Shown: piece after piece, positions 1 through 12,827 of the stretch
Layout: each line of letters begins with the position of its first letter
How positions within the stretch are numbered: the first letter of the stretch is position 1
Assembly (NCBI GenBank): GCA_965261975.1
Contig: CBDHEC010000050.1
Location: 1-64,000 of the forward strand
DNA length: 64,000 bases
Direction: 5' to 3'
Source: Alphaproteobacteria bacterium
GTDB lineage: Bacteria; Pseudomonadota; Alphaproteobacteria; UBA6615
Program-made: the position numbers and the translations under genes
The notes under the pieces: generated by a model
Database searches by the model: none
Told to the model about the DNA's origin: nothing
The model's input: the letters and a program-made list of their open reading frames with translations, nothing else

Positions 1-332
1 TCATCGAGGAGATCGTCGGCGAAATCGACGACGAACACGACATTCCCGTGCCCGGCATGCGCCGCCAGGCCGATGGTACGTATATCGTCGATGGCCGGGT
101 GACGATTCGCGACCTGAACCGAGAGTTCGATTGGGACCTGCCCGATGAGGAGGCCTCGACCATCGCGGGTCTCGTGCTGCACGAGGCGCGCTTTATTCCC
201 GAAGAGGGCCAGAGCTTCGATATCGAGGGCCTGAAGATCGACATTCTGCGGCGTAACGGCAATCAGCTGCGTTCACTTAGAATCACGCGCCGCGCGCCCG
301 AAGCCGACAGCGAAGCGGGCCCGGTGGCCTAG
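1..332 (+). CDS. HlyC/CorC family CBS-domain transporter-associated protein, C-terminal part (5' truncated by window)
   Basis: Frame reads IEEIVGEIDDEHD...YIVDGRVTIRDLNREFDWDLPDEEASTIAGLV, typical of the CorC_HlyC C-terminal domain. Confidence 0.9.
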   Translation, partial: IEEIVGEIDDEHDIPVPGMRRQADGTYIVDGRVTIRDLNREFDWDLPDEEASTIAGLVLHEARFIPEEGQSFDIEGLKIDILRRNGNQLRSLRITRRAPEADSEAGPVA

Positions 333-368
333 TGAAACCTCCGCAAACAAGGCTGACCGGCGCTTTTC

Positions 369-396
369 TTGACCAGCACCGGGGCGGTCCTATAGT
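369..396 (+). promoter_or_regulatory. Putative sigma70 promoter of the DUF2889 gene
   Basis: TTGACC-N16-TATAGT about 37 nt upstream of ATG 433. Confidence 0.5.
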
Positions 397-432
397 CCGG
401 CATCACGATATTCGCCTTTGAGGAACGATCCC

Positions 433-996
433 ATGCCATTGTCGAGCCCGGCCGCGCGCGAGCATATTCACAATCGGACCGTCGAGTGTAACGGCTACCG
501 CCGCCAGGACGGCTTGTGGGATATCGAGGGCCGCCTCGTCGATGTGAAGACCTATACCTTCCACAACAATGAGCGCGGGGACGTCCCGCCGGGCGAACCC
601 GTGCACGAGATGTGGATCCGCCTGACGGTGGACGACGATCTCAAAATCCACGGCGTCGAAGCCACGACCGAGTACAGCCCGTTTTCGGTCTGCAAGCAGG
701 TCGCACCAAATTTCGAGCGGCTCGTTGGGGTGAGCATCGGTCCGGGCTGGCGCAAACGTGTGCGTGACCGGGTCGGCGGAGTCGAGGGATGCACCCATAT
801 CGTGGAGATGCTCGGGCCTGTCGCCACCACGGCATTCCAGACCATCTATCCGCTCAAGAACAAGGAGCAGCCGGATGGCGAGAAAACGTCAACACGCCCG
901 CCGCGCCTGCTGAATACCTGCCACGCTTTTCGCAGCGATGGTCCGAAGGTGAAGGAATTCTGGCCCGACCATTACGACGGGCCTGCCGAGGCGTAG
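433..996 (+). CDS. DUF2889 domain-containing protein
   Basis: REHIHNRTVECNGYRRQDGLWDIEG, GGVEGCTH and LLNTCHAF motifs; GAGGA RBS upstream. Confidence 0.85.
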   Translation: MPLSSPAAREHIHNRTVECNGYRRQDGLWDIEGRLVDVKTYTFHNNERGDVPPGEPVHEMWIRLTVDDDLKIHGVEATTEYSPFSVCKQVAPNFERLVGVSIGPGWRKRVRDRVGGVEGCTHIVEMLGPVATTAFQTIYPLKNKEQPDGEKTSTRPPRLLNTCHAFRSDGPKVKEFWPDHYDGPAEA

Positions 997-1029
997 CAGC
1001 GGCGCTCACGCACCCGGCGGCGGCACCCC

Positions 1030-1338
1030 TTATCCGACGGCGCGTGTCGCCGGGATATAAGGTGCGCGATAGGGTTCGGGTCGTTCGATCATCGTCGGCG
1101 AATGTGCCGGCGCCGAGACACTCTCTCGGGCCCGGATTTCCGCAAAGTAACTGGCGATGAAAACACGGATTGCCGCCGTGCGCCCCAATTCACCCGCATT
1201 GGCATCAATGATAGTGCAGAGGCGATCCACGGTGAGCTGTTCGCGCCCCGCGATATCGGACAAGGCTTCCCAGAACTGAGGCTCCAACCGCACGCTGGTG
1301 CGCAACGAGCCCACTGTGATGTTGCGATTTACAAGCAT
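1030..1338 (-). CDS. Ribbon-helix-helix (RHH_4) domain protein
   Basis: RNITVGSLRTSVRLEPQFWEALSDIA...TAAIRVF matches the alphaproteobacterial RHH_4 pattern. Confidence 0.8.
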   Translation of the reverse strand: MLVNRNITVGSLRTSVRLEPQFWEALSDIAGREQLTVDRLCTIIDANAGELGRTAAIRVFIASYFAEIRARESVSAPAHSPTMIERPEPYRAPYIPATRAVG

Positions 1339-1437
1339 TTTGGCTGCCCTTTCGACCCTCAATGGGGTCAATAAATGACGACTGCCAGCAAGGTAGAACG
1401 GGCGCGGGGCGTTTGCAACACATAGATACTTTTCGTA

Positions 1438-1722
1438 TCATTTTGTTTCGTTCTGGGCCTCTTCAGGAGTTGATGCACGCACGGAAAGCGCATGGAGACC
1501 GCCCTCAAATTCGGCGGAAAGCAGGGCATAAACCGACCTCTGACGGGTCACGCGCGATTGCCCTGCGAAATCAGGGCTCACAACCACAACATCGAAATGT
1601 GTTTCCCCCTCGGGCCGGGCGCCGGCGTGGCCGGCATGCATGTGGGAGTCGTCCCGTACTTCGATTCGCTGGACATCGAGCCCGGCCTCAAGGGCCGCCT
1701 GGATACGTTCTGCGCGATTCAT
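1438..1722 (-). CDS. bolA: BolA family protein
   Basis: DDSHMHAGHAG, ETHF, FAGQSRVTRQRSVY, GLHAL; divergent from dnaJ-cobST as in many Alphaproteobacteria. Confidence 0.92.
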   Translation of the reverse strand: MNRAERIQAALEAGLDVQRIEVRDDSHMHAGHAGARPEGETHFDVVVVSPDFAGQSRVTRQRSVYALLSAEFEGGLHALSVRASTPEEAQNETK

Positions 1723-1804
1723 CAATTTCTCCAACCTTTGGTGTCCCCAACCTATTTGCGGACCCGTTATTGCCTCGGACTGGTGCACCAGACATATTCC
1801 GCTC

Positions 1805-2383
1805 ATGGCAAAACGACGTAAATCCATCGACCTGGACGACCTGCTCACCGAGAATGGTGACAACGGGTCGGACCAGCGCGTATGTGCGCAGGAGGATTGC
1901 GATCTCCCCGGCGAATTCCGGGCACCAAAGTCACGCGACAATGTGCGCGAATATATCTGGTTCTGCCTGGAACATGTGCGCTCATATAACAGTTCGTGGA
2001 ATTACTATGCCGGCATGTCGGAGGACGAGATCGAACTCGACCGTCACGGCACCACTTTCTGGCATCGCCCGACCTGGCCCCTGAACGGCAAACGCCCCGG
2101 CGAAGGCATCCGGGATGATTTCGGTTTTTTCGAATCCGAAGCAGACGCGGCAGCGCGTGCGGCGGCCGACTCGAATACCGCGGGAATGGACTCCGAAACT
2201 ATTGACGCCCTTGGTATAATGAAACTATCGCCACCGCTGACAGCAGACGCTATAAAGCGGCGTTACAAGGAGCTGGTCAAACAGCACCATCCTGACGCGA
2301 ATGGCGGCGACAAGCTGGCGGAAGAACGTCTCAAGACGATCAACCAAGCCTACGCAACATTAATGCAATCGGTCGGCCCCTAA
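1805..2383 (+). CDS. DnaJ (J) domain protein
   Basis: Cxxxx[21 protein letters not shown]-terminal part and C-terminal J domain with HHPD; typical position upstream of cobS. Confidence 0.9.
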   Translation: MAKRRKSIDLDDLLTENGDNGSDQRVCAQEDCDLPGEFRAPKSRDNVREYIWFCLEHVRSYNSSWNYYAGMSEDEIELDRHGTTFWHRPTWPLNGKRPGEGIRDDFGFFESEADAAARAAADSNTAGMDSETIDALGIMKLSPPLTADAIKRRYKELVKQHHPDANGGDKLAEERLKTINQAYATLMQSVGP

Positions 2384-2429
2384 CGGAGCCGCACCGCATG
2401 ACGAATATTTGACGAAAGTGGACCGGATT

Positions 2430-3437
2430 ATGGAAGCGACTGAATCGATAACAAATGCGGATATGCCCGAAAATCCGGAGCCGGACATCAAGGTGTCGGC
2501 CCGTCAGGTCTTCGGGATCGATTCCGATATGGAGGTCCCGGCCTTCTCCGAGCATACCGTTCATGTGCCCGCGCTCGACGAGAGCTACCAGTTCGACCAT
2601 GACACGACCCTCGCGATCCTGGCCGGCTTTGCCCACAACCGCCGGGTCATGATCCAGGGCTATCACGGCACCGGCAAGTCGACCCATATCGAACAGGTCG
2701 CCGCGCGCCTCAACTGGCCGACCGTCCGCGTCAACCTCGACAGCCATATCAGCCGCATCGATTTGATCGGCAAGGACGCCATCGTCCTGCGCGACGGCGT
2801 TCAGGTCACGGAGTTCCGCGAAGGCATCCTGCCCTGGACCCTGCAACATCCCTGCGCCCTGGTCTTCGACGAGTATGACGCGGGCCGGCCGGACGTCATG
2901 TTCGTGATCCAGCGCGTGCTTGAGGCCGACAGCAAGCTGACCCTTCTCGACCAGAACAAGGTCCTCCGCCCGCATCCGAGCTTCCGGCTCTTCGCGACGG
3001 CAAATACAGTTGGCCTGGGTGACACGACGGGCCTGTATCACGGCACACAGCAGATCAACCAGGCGCAGATGGACCGTTGGAACATCGTCACGACGCTGAA
3101 CTATCTGCCCCATGAGCAGGAAGTCGACATTGTGGCCGCGAAATGTGCCGCCTATGACAACAAGGAAGGCCGCGAGAAGCTCTCCGCCATGGTCGCAACC
3201 GCCGACCTGACGCGCTCAGGATTCGTCGCCGGCGACATCTCGACCGTTATGTCGCCACGTACCGTCATCACCTGGGCGGACAATGCGGAAATCTTCGGTT
3301 CGATCCCGCTCGGCTTCCGGGTCACCTTCCTGAACAAGTGTGACGAGGTCGAGCGCTCGACGGTGGCCGAATATTACCAGCGCTGCTTCGGGACCGAACT
3401 CGAAGACGGCGTGATCGCGCCGGCCCCGACCCAGTAA
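2430..3437 (+). CDS. cobS: Cobaltochelatase subunit CobS (AAA+ ATPase)
   Basis: [41 protein letters not shown]; start uncertain (2409 or 2430). Confidence 0.95.
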   Translation: MEATESITNADMPENPEPDIKVSARQVFGIDSDMEVPAFSEHTVHVPALDESYQFDHDTTLAILAGFAHNRRVMIQGYHGTGKSTHIEQVAARLNWPTVRVNLDSHISRIDLIGKDAIVLRDGVQVTEFREGILPWTLQHPCALVFDEYDAGRPDVMFVIQRVLEADSKLTLLDQNKVLRPHPSFRLFATANTVGLGDTTGLYHGTQQINQAQMDRWNIVTTLNYLPHEQEVDIVAAKCAAYDNKEGREKLSAMVATADLTRSGFVAGDISTVMSPRTVITWADNAEIFGSIPLGFRVTFLNKCDEVERSTVAEYYQRCFGTELEDGVIAPAPTQ

Positions 3438-3444
3438 ATCGCCG

Positions 3445-5331
3445 ATGGCGGGATCAAACAGAGGCGGCAATGACGGGCCGGTCGAAGAGTTTCGGCGCGT
3501 CACGGCCGCGGCCATGCGCGCCATGGCCCGCGAGCCGGAACTAACGGTATCTTTTACCCCTGACCCGCCGGGCATCAGCGGCGAGGAAGCACGCCTCCCC
3601 CTGCCAAACCGTGACCTCCCGGCCGAGGATGTCAGTGTCGTTCGCGGTGAGGCCGATGCGCTGGCGCTCAATCTGCGCCATCACAACGCCGAACTGCACC
3701 AGTCCAGGGTCCCCACAGCCCCCGCCGCGCGTGCTCTTTATGACGCGGTCGAACAGGCGCGGGTCGAGGCGATCGGCGCCAACCGCATGTCCGGGGTCGC
3801 CGACAATCTGAGCGCGGCGCTGGAGATGCGATGCCGGGACAAGGGTTTTGCGCGCGTCACCCAGCGCGACCAGGCACCCGTTTCCGAGGCGGTTGCCCTG
3901 CTGGCGCGCGAAGCCCTGACCGGCGCACCGCCACCGCCCTCCGCGCGTCAGATGGTCGACGTCTGGCGGCCGTTCGTTGAATCCAAGATCGGCAGCGCCC
4001 TTTCGGAACTGAGCAACAGCCTGGACGACCAAATCGCCTTCCAGGACGTGATCCGGCAGATGATCTCGGATCTCGGCCTTGCCGATGAGGAGATGGCCGC
4101 CGATTCCGAGTCCGACGACAGCACGGGCGAGGACCAGGACGACGCCGACGGCGAAAGCACCGGTGAGGGCGAGAGCGACGGCGAAGCACGCGCCATGGAC
4201 GGCGAAGGCGAAGACGAAGAGGCCGGCGCCGAGAGCGAAGAGATGGACATGCCGTTCGAGGATGGCGACGGCGACATGGAGCAGGGAGCCGGCGACGAAG
4301 ACCCCGATGCGCCCGGCCAGCCCTGGCGTCCCCCCGAATACGGTCATAACCAGGGCGAACAGTTCGTCTACGGCGCGTTCACGACGGAATACGACGAGAT
4401 CGTCGAGGCCCCCGACCTGTGTGACCCTGACGAGCTCTCGCGCCTGCGCCAACAGCTCGATCAACAGCTCGGCCATCTGCAAAGCGTCATTTCGAAGCTC
4501 GCAAACCGGCTGCAGCGGCGCCTGATGGCGAAACAGACCCGCAACTGGGAATTCGACCTCGAGGAAGGCATGCTCGATACCGCGCGCCTGACCCGCGTGG
4601 TGACCAACCCGGCACATCCCCTGTCGTTCAAGATGGAAGAGGACACGAATTTCCGCGACACGGTCGTGACCCTGCTGATCGACAATTCGGGCTCCATGCG
4701 CGGGCGACCGATCTCCGTGGCCGCGATGAGCGCCGATATCCTCGCGCGCACACTGGAACGCTGCGGCGTGAAGGTCGAGATTCTCGGCTTCACGACACGG
4801 GCCTGGAAAGGCGGCCAGGCGCGTGAAAAATGGCTCGGCGCCGGCAAGTCCGCCAATCCGGGCCGCCTGAACGACCTGCGCCACATCATTTACAAATCCG
4901 CCGACGCCCCGTGGCGCCGCGCACGCAAGAATCTCGGCCTGATGCTGCGCGAGGGATTGCTCAAGGAAAATATCGACGGCGAGGCGCTACTTTGGGCGCA
5001 CAACCGTTTGCTCGGCCGCTCGGAACAACGCCGGATCCTGATGATCATCTCCGATGGTGCACCGGTCGACGATTCCACGCTGTCGGTGAATGCCGGCAAC
5101 TATCTGGAGCGCCACCTGCGACAGATCATCGAATGGATCGAGACCTATTCGCCCGTCGAATTGCTGGCCATCGGCATCGGCCATGATGTGACGCGCTACT
5201 ATCGCCGGGCGGTGACGATCGTCGACGCAGAGCAACTCGGCGGTACGGTCATGGATCAGCTGGCCGAGCTTTTCGACGAGGAAGACGGGTCGGCGCGCAA
5301 GCCTCGTGGCGGTTCGCGTCGCGTCGCCTGA
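3445..5331 (+). CDS. cobT: Cobaltochelatase subunit CobT (vWA domain)
   Basis: Acidic linker, [16 protein letters not shown] motif, [22 protein letters not shown]. Confidence 0.95.
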   Translation: MAGSNRGGNDGPVEEFRRVTAAAMRAMAREPELTVSFTPDPPGISGEEARLPLPNRDLPAEDVSVVRGEADALALNLRHHNAELHQSRVPTAPAARALYDAVEQARVEAIGANRMSGVADNLSAALEMRCRDKGFARVTQRDQAPVSEAVALLAREALTGAPPPPSARQMVDVWRPFVESKIGSALSELSNSLDDQIAFQDVIRQMISDLGLADEEMAADSESDDSTGEDQDDADGESTGEGESDGEARAMDGEGEDEEAGAESEEMDMPFEDGDGDMEQGAGDEDPDAPGQPWRPPEYGHNQGEQFVYGAFTTEYDEIVEAPDLCDPDELSRLRQQLDQQLGHLQSVISKLANRLQRRLMAKQTRNWEFDLEEGMLDTARLTRVVTNPAHPLSFKMEEDTNFRDTVVTLLIDNSGSMRGRPISVAAMSADILARTLERCGVKVEILGFTTRAWKGGQAREKWLGAGKSANPGRLNDLRHIIYKSADAPWRRARKNLGLMLREGLLKENIDGEALLWAHNRLLGRSEQRRILMIISDGAPVDDSTLSVNAGNYLERHLRQIIEWIETYSPVELLAIGIGHDVTRYYRRAVTIVDAEQLGGTVMDQLAELFDEEDGSARKPRGGSRRVA

Positions 5332-5396
5332 CGCGCAACCGGCCCACGCGCCATTTCGGCCATGTTTGTGCCGCAGAATACGGCTATAAACCTCAC

Positions 5397-6353
5397 ATGA
5401 TCCGGCTTCTCTCGAGTCTGCTGCTTGCCTGCGCTTTCGCCGCGCCAAACGCGCTGGCCGACACGACGCCCATTGCGTTGCACGAGGGGTTGAGCGGACA
5501 GGACCGCAGCGGCCGCCTGATCTGGCGCGGCGGGATCGAGATGAACTTCGACGATCCGCGCTTCGGCGGCATCTCGGCCATGGAAATAGATTCCGGCGGA
5601 CGCACCATCACGTTGCTCACGGATCGCGGTCACCGGGCCGAACTGTTCCTCGAATATGACCGGAATGCCGATTTGTCCGCCGCCAAGCTGGTCGACCTGG
5701 AACCGGTGATCGGTGCGGTCGGACGCTCGATCGAGGACGACCGCAATTCCGATATCGAAGCGATCGCAAAAATGCCCAACGGCGGCTGGGTCGTGGCTTT
5801 CGAACGCAATCACCGGCTACTTCACTACCCGGCCTCCTTCGCACCGCTGCGCTCGGCCCCCCGCCTCCTGCTGACCCCGCCGGGGCTGGAGCGCGCCCGC
5901 TCAAACAGGGGCATCGAGGCCGCCACCGAGACCGCCGACAAGAAGATCCTGCTGATCGCCGAAGACCTCGCCACGAGCCGTGACTTTACCTTCGCCTGGC
6001 TCGGCAACGGTGCCGACTGGACACCGATGGCCTACACCCTGTTTCCGCCCTACAAGCCGACCGGAGCCGCGCTGCTGCCGAACGGAGACATCGTGGTGGT
6101 CGAGCGCCGGTTCACCCCGCCGAGCGACGTCGGCTCCCGAATCGCGAAGATCGCACGCCGCGGCCTCCGCCCGGGCGCGCCCATCCAGACCACAGAGATC
6201 GCCCGGATCGAGAAACCCTTCGTGACCGAGAATTTCGAAGCAATCGCGGCGCGGTCTGGCGGGCGCGGACAGACACTGATCTATCTCGCCAGCGACAATA
6301 ATTTCTCAGACAGGCAGCGAAATCTGCTGCTGATGTTCGAGCTGCTGCCCTAG
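5397..6353 (+). CDS. Esterase-like activity of phytase family secreted protein
   Basis: Signal peptide, FGGISAM, DIEAI, NRGIEA, ENFEAI, SDNNF motifs; usual neighbour of cobT. Confidence 0.8.
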   Translation: MIRLLSSLLLACAFAAPNALADTTPIALHEGLSGQDRSGRLIWRGGIEMNFDDPRFGGISAMEIDSGGRTITLLTDRGHRAELFLEYDRNADLSAAKLVDLEPVIGAVGRSIEDDRNSDIEAIAKMPNGGWVVAFERNHRLLHYPASFAPLRSAPRLLLTPPGLERARSNRGIEAATETADKKILLIAEDLATSRDFTFAWLGNGADWTPMAYTLFPPYKPTGAALLPNGDIVVVERRFTPPSDVGSRIAKIARRGLRPGAPIQTTEIARIEKPFVTENFEAIAARSGGRGQTLIYLASDNNFSDRQRNLLLMFELLP

Positions 6354-6378
6354 ACAAGTCCGGGGCCCGCGTGCCGGC

Positions 6379-7662
<1,284 letters not shown>

Positions 7663-7681
7663 TCATATACGCTGCGCGCGC

Positions 7682-7708
7682 AAAAAAGCCCGCGAAACGC
7701 GGGCCTTT
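7682..7708 (-). terminator. Rho-independent terminator after rpmB
   Basis: Minus strand: GCCCGCG-TTT-CGCGGGC followed by TTTTTT. Confidence 0.8.
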
Positions 7709-7731
7709 ATCGTGGTCAGACTGCGGTGCGC

Positions 7732-8019
7732 TTAAGCGGCCGCAGCGACCTTCTCGAGATCACGCTTCATGCGGCGCAATTCGCGCGGCAATTTCGAAGC
7801 GGCCGTGCCACGCAGATACGCATCGACACCACCCTTATGCTCGATCGTGCGGATGGCACGCGCGGTCAAGTTCAAGCGCACACCGCGCCCGAGAGACTCG
7901 CTATACAGCATCGTGGATTGCAGGTTCGGCAGGAACCGGCGACGGGTCTTGTTGTGGGCATGACTGACGTTGTTTCCGGTCAGCACACCTTTGCCTGTAA
8001 TGGCGCAGCGGCGCGACAT
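7732..8019 (-). CDS. rpmB: 50S ribosomal protein L28
   Basis: [34 protein letters not shown]. Confidence 0.97.
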   Translation of the reverse strand: MSRRCAITGKGVLTGNNVSHAHNKTRRRFLPNLQSTMLYSESLGRGVRLNLTARAIRTIEHKGGVDAYLRGTAASKLPRELRRMKRDLEKVAAAA

Positions 8020-8117
8020 TGTACTCGCTCCATGAACAGCTAACGCGCCGAAATCGGCGCGAACGGCGGTGTTTTTAGGCGATGGCGGGAGCCCGGTCAA
8101 GCCCGTCCGGCAAGGAA

Positions 8118-9122
8118 TTAGGCGCTGCGAAATGCCTCAAGCAATGCCTGGGCCGCGGCGGAGGGTGTTATCTCCGCATCGGATACCTGCCGTTCGAGGG
8201 ATTCAAGCTTTGCGCGGACGGCGGGATGGCGCTGAAAGCCGGCCAGTAAATGTTCATCGACCTCACCCCACATCCACCGGCGGGCCTGGGCGGCACGCCG
8301 TGTTTCCAGTGCGCCGCCGGCCTCTGCCTGCGTGCGATAGGCCTCCGTGGTCTCCCGGACCTCGTCGATGCCGGTATTCTCAAGCGCCGAACAAGTCAGC
8401 ACAGGCGGAATCCAGTCGGACGCCGCGGGATGCAGCAGGCGAATCGCGTTGGCATATTCCGCGGCGGATCGTTCGGCCGCGGCGGCCAGATCGCCATCCG
8501 CCTTATTGACCACCACGAGGTCGGCCAACTCCATGATGCCGCGCTTGACACCCTGGAGCTCATCGCCGCCGCTCGGCAGCAGCAACAGCAGGAACATATC
8601 GACCAAATCCGCGACCGCCGTCTCGGACTGGCCCACACCGACCGTTTCGATCAGCACCACGTCGAACCCGGCCGCTTCACAGGCGAGCGACACCTCACGG
8701 GTCCGCCGTGCAACCCCGCCCAGGGTCCCTGCCGTGGGTGACGGGCGGATGAACGCTTCCGGCGCACGAGAAAGCTGCTCCATGCGCGTCTTGTCGCCCA
8801 GGATCGAGCCACCGCTGCGCTGGGAAGACGGATCGACCGCAAGGACGGCGACCTTATGGCCGTGCGCGATCCAGTTCTGGCCGAAGACTTCTATGAAGGT
8901 TGATTTGCCGACACCCGGCACCCCCGATATGCCGATGCGCGTGGCGCTCCCCGTGTGCGGCAACAGATGCTCCAGCAATCGTTCCGCCTGGTCGCGATGG
9001 TCTGCTCGGGTCGATTCGATCAACGTGATCGCACGTGCCAATGCCCGGCGATCACCCGCGCAGACCGCCGCCGCCAAGCCGGACGGATCGTCCGTCGATG
9101 GGGTTTTTTCGTTATCCGCCAT
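8118..9122 (-). CDS. meaB: Methylmalonyl-CoA mutase-associated GTPase MeaB
   Basis: [39 protein letters not shown]. Confidence 0.95.
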   Translation of the reverse strand: MADNEKTPSTDDPSGLAAAVCAGDRRALARAITLIESTRADHRDQAERLLEHLLPHTGSATRIGISGVPGVGKSTFIEVFGQNWIAHGHKVAVLAVDPSSQRSGGSILGDKTRMEQLSRAPEAFIRPSPTAGTLGGVARRTREVSLACEAAGFDVVLIETVGVGQSETAVADLVDMFLLLLLPSGGDELQGVKRGIMELADLVVVNKADGDLAAAAERSAAEYANAIRLLHPAASDWIPPVLTCSALENTGIDEVRETTEAYRTQAEAGGALETRRAAQARRWMWGEVDEHLLAGFQRHPAVRAKLESLERQVSDAEITPSAAAQALLEAFRSA

Positions 9123-9131
9123 GGCCGTAAT

Positions 9132-9608
9132 CTAGCGCGCCGCCGCAGGGGCCAACAATGCGCTGTCTGTACGCGCGGGCTTGCCATCGACCGGGGATGA
9201 GAGAATGACCGAACTCTGCGCCGGCCCGATCTTGCGAAACCTGGAAATAACATCCTCCAGTTCGGCAATCGATGCGACCGCCACGCGAATGACAAAACTG
9301 TCCTCACCCGTGATGTGATGGCACTCCACGACCGCGTCGAGCGAGCGACACAACCCCGCAACGCGCTGGAAATCCTTGTCCGACACCGTCAGGCGTATGA
9401 ACGCACCGATCTCCTGACCTAGCGCGGCGCGATCCACACGCGCGGCGTATCCGAGGATGACACCCGCCGCCTCGAGCCTGCGTATGCGGTCTGCCACCGC
9501 TGGCGTCGACATGCCGATCCGCCGAGCGATCTCTCGGAACGACAATCGCGCATCCGATTGAACGACATCCAGCAGAGACCGATCGATATTGTCCAGATCA
9601 CCTTCCAT
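9132..9608 (-). CDS. Lrp/AsnC family transcriptional regulator
   Basis: LDNIDRSLL..VQSDARLSFREIA..IGMSTPAV..RIRRLE; ECHHITGEDSF. Confidence 0.92.
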   Translation of the reverse strand: MEGDLDNIDRSLLDVVQSDARLSFREIARRIGMSTPAVADRIRRLEAAGVILGYAARVDRAALGQEIGAFIRLTVSDKDFQRVAGLCRSLDAVVECHHITGEDSFVIRVAVASIAELEDVISRFRKIGPAQSSVILSSPVDGKPARTDSALLAPAAAR

Positions 9609-9776
9609 TTGTCAGGCCACAACCTCCATCTATTGTCACACGGATACCAGAATGTAATATTTTATGTCATATGTTCATCATAATGTACAATTCTATTCCA
9701 TTTGGCATTTATTATTATATCCAACCGACCATTCGTCTACAGGCAGCCCGATTGGCCTGACAAAAGTCAGGCCACA
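9608..9776. repeat. Three copies of a GTCAGGCCA motif flanking an AT-rich spacer upstream of the Lrp gene
   Basis: TTTGTCAGGCCA (9608-9619) is inverted to TGGCCTGACAAA (9753-9764); hairpin TGGCCTGAC-AAAA-GTCAGGCCA (9753-9774); GTCAGGCCACA direct repeat at 9611 and 9766. Confidence 0.8.
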
Positions 9777-9801
9777 CCGTCGGGAGATCACGTAAATAGG
9801 G

Positions 9802-12800
9802 CTATTTGTGCCGGTCGACGGCGCGCGACAGCAGCAGGTAGGCCTTGCCGACGTCCGCCGTCAGCAGGCTGGCGCTGAGCAGCTCGTCCGGGTCGGCTTC
9901 GCCGGCCTGGGTCAACAGGCGCTCGAATTCGCGGAGATACCGGCCCGTCAGCGTCCGGAATACATCATCGTCTTCGTACAACTCGCGTACACGGTTGAGG
10001 GCAATGGGGTCTTTCACGCGGGCAGAGATACGACGCAAAGCCACACCGCGATCACCCTTTGCGAACCGGCGCATCATGTCGGGCGCGGCGTCACCTTCCA
10101 GCAACTCGTCCAGTTCGATACCCAGTGAACCCAGCGTATCGAGCACCCTGTTGACCGTGTGCAGCAACACGCCACGGTTTGAATCGATATATCCCACGCG
10201 TACTTCGTCGGCCTTCCGGCCCGCCTCTTCGGCCGCCTCGATCAGCGCATGCTCCTGCATCCGGAATGTCGATGCGATGGATTCGGACCGCTCGGCAACC
10301 TGGTCTATCGCCAGCTGCATGTCGCGCGCCTGTTCGCGCAGCTGATCGCGCAAGCCCTCGACACGACCTTCCATGCGATCGGCCGACGTGGACAGCTCGC
10401 CCGTGTGACGGCCGAGAGACTGCATGGTGACTTCGGCGCGGGCCACCGCGCTCTCTCCCGTTTCGCGCAATGACTCGGCACGGCCAACCAGCATGTCCCC
10501 CAGTTCGCGCCAGCGCTCGAGGATAGATTCGACCGTTTCCCTCACATCGCGGCTACGCGCGCCCAGAGATTCCTCGGTCTCACCTGCTGCCCGGCGCATT
10601 TCCTCCGTGCTTGTCGTCAGCTCCTCGCGGCGCTGACGCAACGCACCGGCAACCTCCGACAGACCTTCGGTAGCAACACGGGCATTGGCCTCGACCGCCT
10701 CGCTTTCGCGCTGGATAAGATCCCGCACCTCGGCCAACCGGGCCAGGGATTCGGCGGCCGATTGATGCAGCGCTTCGGTGTGCTGGGTCAGGGATTCACC
10801 CAGCGCCTCGGCTCGTGCACCAGCGGTCACACTTGCATTGGTGAGCTCCTGCGATTGGCGACGCAGGGATTCATGTGCGCCGCGAGCCGCCGTTTCGGCC
10901 GTCTCGGAAGCCTCGGTGATTTCAGATGCCCCCACACGCAGCGCCTCGCCCAGGGCCGTCAGGCGGGTTTCAGCGCCGGAGACAATCTCGGACATGAAGT
11001 GCTGGTCGTTCCCGAGCTGCTCGCGCAGACTCCGCAAATGATCGCTCGCCCGTTCGGCAGCCTGATCAAGCGCCTGCGTGCTGTCCCCCAGCGTGTCGCG
11101 AATGGCCGTGATCCGCGCCAGGGACGCATCCGCGGCCGATTCCAGAACATCGCGCTGCGCGATAATTTCATCGCGCGTGCGCTGTGCCCGGCTCATGGTC
11201 TGGGCGAACTCCTCTTCGACCGCATTCGAGTGATCGCCGAGCGCATCACGCGCCTCCGTAGCGCTCGCGCTCACCTGCACGGTCGACGCCGACAGCGCCG
11301 CGGCGGCATCGCGCAATTCCGCCGACAAACGCTCGGCCTCAACGGAAGCATTCCGCGCTACATTCTCCAGCGCGCCGGCCTCGCTCCGGAAGGCATCACC
11401 CAGTGTACGGCCCTTTTCGTCCGCACTCGCGCCCGCCGCCGTCAGATCGTCGGCAAAACCGTGCAGGCGTTCACTCGCGGCATCCACCTGCTCGATGCTG
11501 GTGCGCGCGATACCGGCAAACGCGTCGGCCTGCGCGCGCAAATCAGCCGTCATGCTCTCGGTCTGCTGCTGGATTGTCGCGACACTCGCCCCCAGCGCCT
11601 GTGCCGTCTGGGCCATCTCCGATGCCGCCGCCTCGGTCATCTCACGGGCCTGCGCGCCTGCATTCTGCGTTACTTGCGCCATCTGGTCGGCCATCGCCGA
11701 TACCACCCGGTCCAGCGCGACCCCTGCCTGATCCATCTGGCCGGACATTTCCTGCATCAACCGGTCCGCATGACCAGCGGCATCTTCCGACATCGCGGCC
11801 AGCCTGTCCGACGCACGTGCGATCGCCGCCTCGAACGCAGCACCCGCATCGGCGGCGCGCTGCTCCATGTCCTCGCCCAGGGCACGGCTCCGGCTCAACG
11901 CGTCATCGGACGCCTGCTCAATGACACCCGCGGCCTGATTGCCCGCATCGCTGATCGCGACGCTCGCATCGCCGGCCTGCTTGGTGACCGCATCGACCGC
12001 CTCCTGGGTCCGATCGAGCACCTGCTCCGTGACTGCGCGTATTTCGCCCGCGGCCGCATCCCCTGCTCCGGCAACACGGCCAACCGTGTTGGAAACGGCA
12101 TCCTGAAAGCCGGCTTCGATGGCTTCGATCTGATCCCCCAGCGTGGCGACCAGCTCGCGCACCACATCTGCCGCGCGACGCGACGCATCGTCGATCACCT
12201 CGGCCTCGCCGCGGCCGAGTTCACGGATTTCTTCCAGACTGGCGTTAACCTGCGCGGTCATCTGCGCCAACTGCGCGGCCTGATCGCCGGCCGTCTCGTT
12301 GGTTTTCACCATCAACCCACGAAGCGCTGACGCGATGGCCTCCAGCTCGGCCGCCTCGCGCCCGAACCCGCCGCGCAATTCCTGCAGATGCGCGCGCGCA
12401 TCGTTGACGGATTCCTCCAGCGCCTGCCCATAAAGAACCAGCATTTCGCCGAGCTCGGAGAGCTCCGAATTGGCATGTGTGAAGGGCGCCTCGAGCCGGG
12501 CCACCTGACCCTCAAGCGCAGTCAGCATGTCGCCCAGTCGCTGGCGCCGTGATGTCAGGGACGCCAGGGCAAACAGGATGGCCGGCGGCACCAGCAATCC
12601 GGCCACACGCCGCCGATCTCATGGGGCAAAAGTTGCGGGACCAGCGACCAGCCGACGCTGCGCGCAACAAATATGATGAAGAACAACAACCAGGCGATGC
12701 CGGAAAGGGACAACAGCCATCCGGCGTAGTTCAGACGCCGACGTCGTCTGGGCGGGCCCGCATCCGCCTCCTCGTCGGTCCGGTACACGTCCTCTTCGTC

Positions 12801-12827
12801 TTGCCACTCTTCCTGGGTATCTGACAT
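9802..12827 (-). pseudogene. TipN-like membrane-anchored long coiled-coil protein, frameshifted near 12605 (pseudogene or sequencing error)
   Basis: N-terminal TM segments (MSDTQEEW...LLPHEIGGV) continue in another frame as AGLLVPPAILF; about 900 aa of Ala/Glu-rich helical sequence; C-terminal RYLREFERLL...LTADVGKAYLLL resembles TipN-family termini. Confidence 0.65.

Noticed and set aside
4080-4320. Asp/Glu/Gly-rich low-complexity tract
   Set aside because: Normal acidic linker of CobT, not a repeat element
3541-4884. 447-aa minus-strand ORF
   Set aside because: Antisense shadow of cobT, expected from high-GC codon bias; no recognisable motifs
9664-9795. 43-codon plus-strand ORF in the AT-rich spacer
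   Set aside because: No RBS, atypical codon usage, overlaps the repeat motifs
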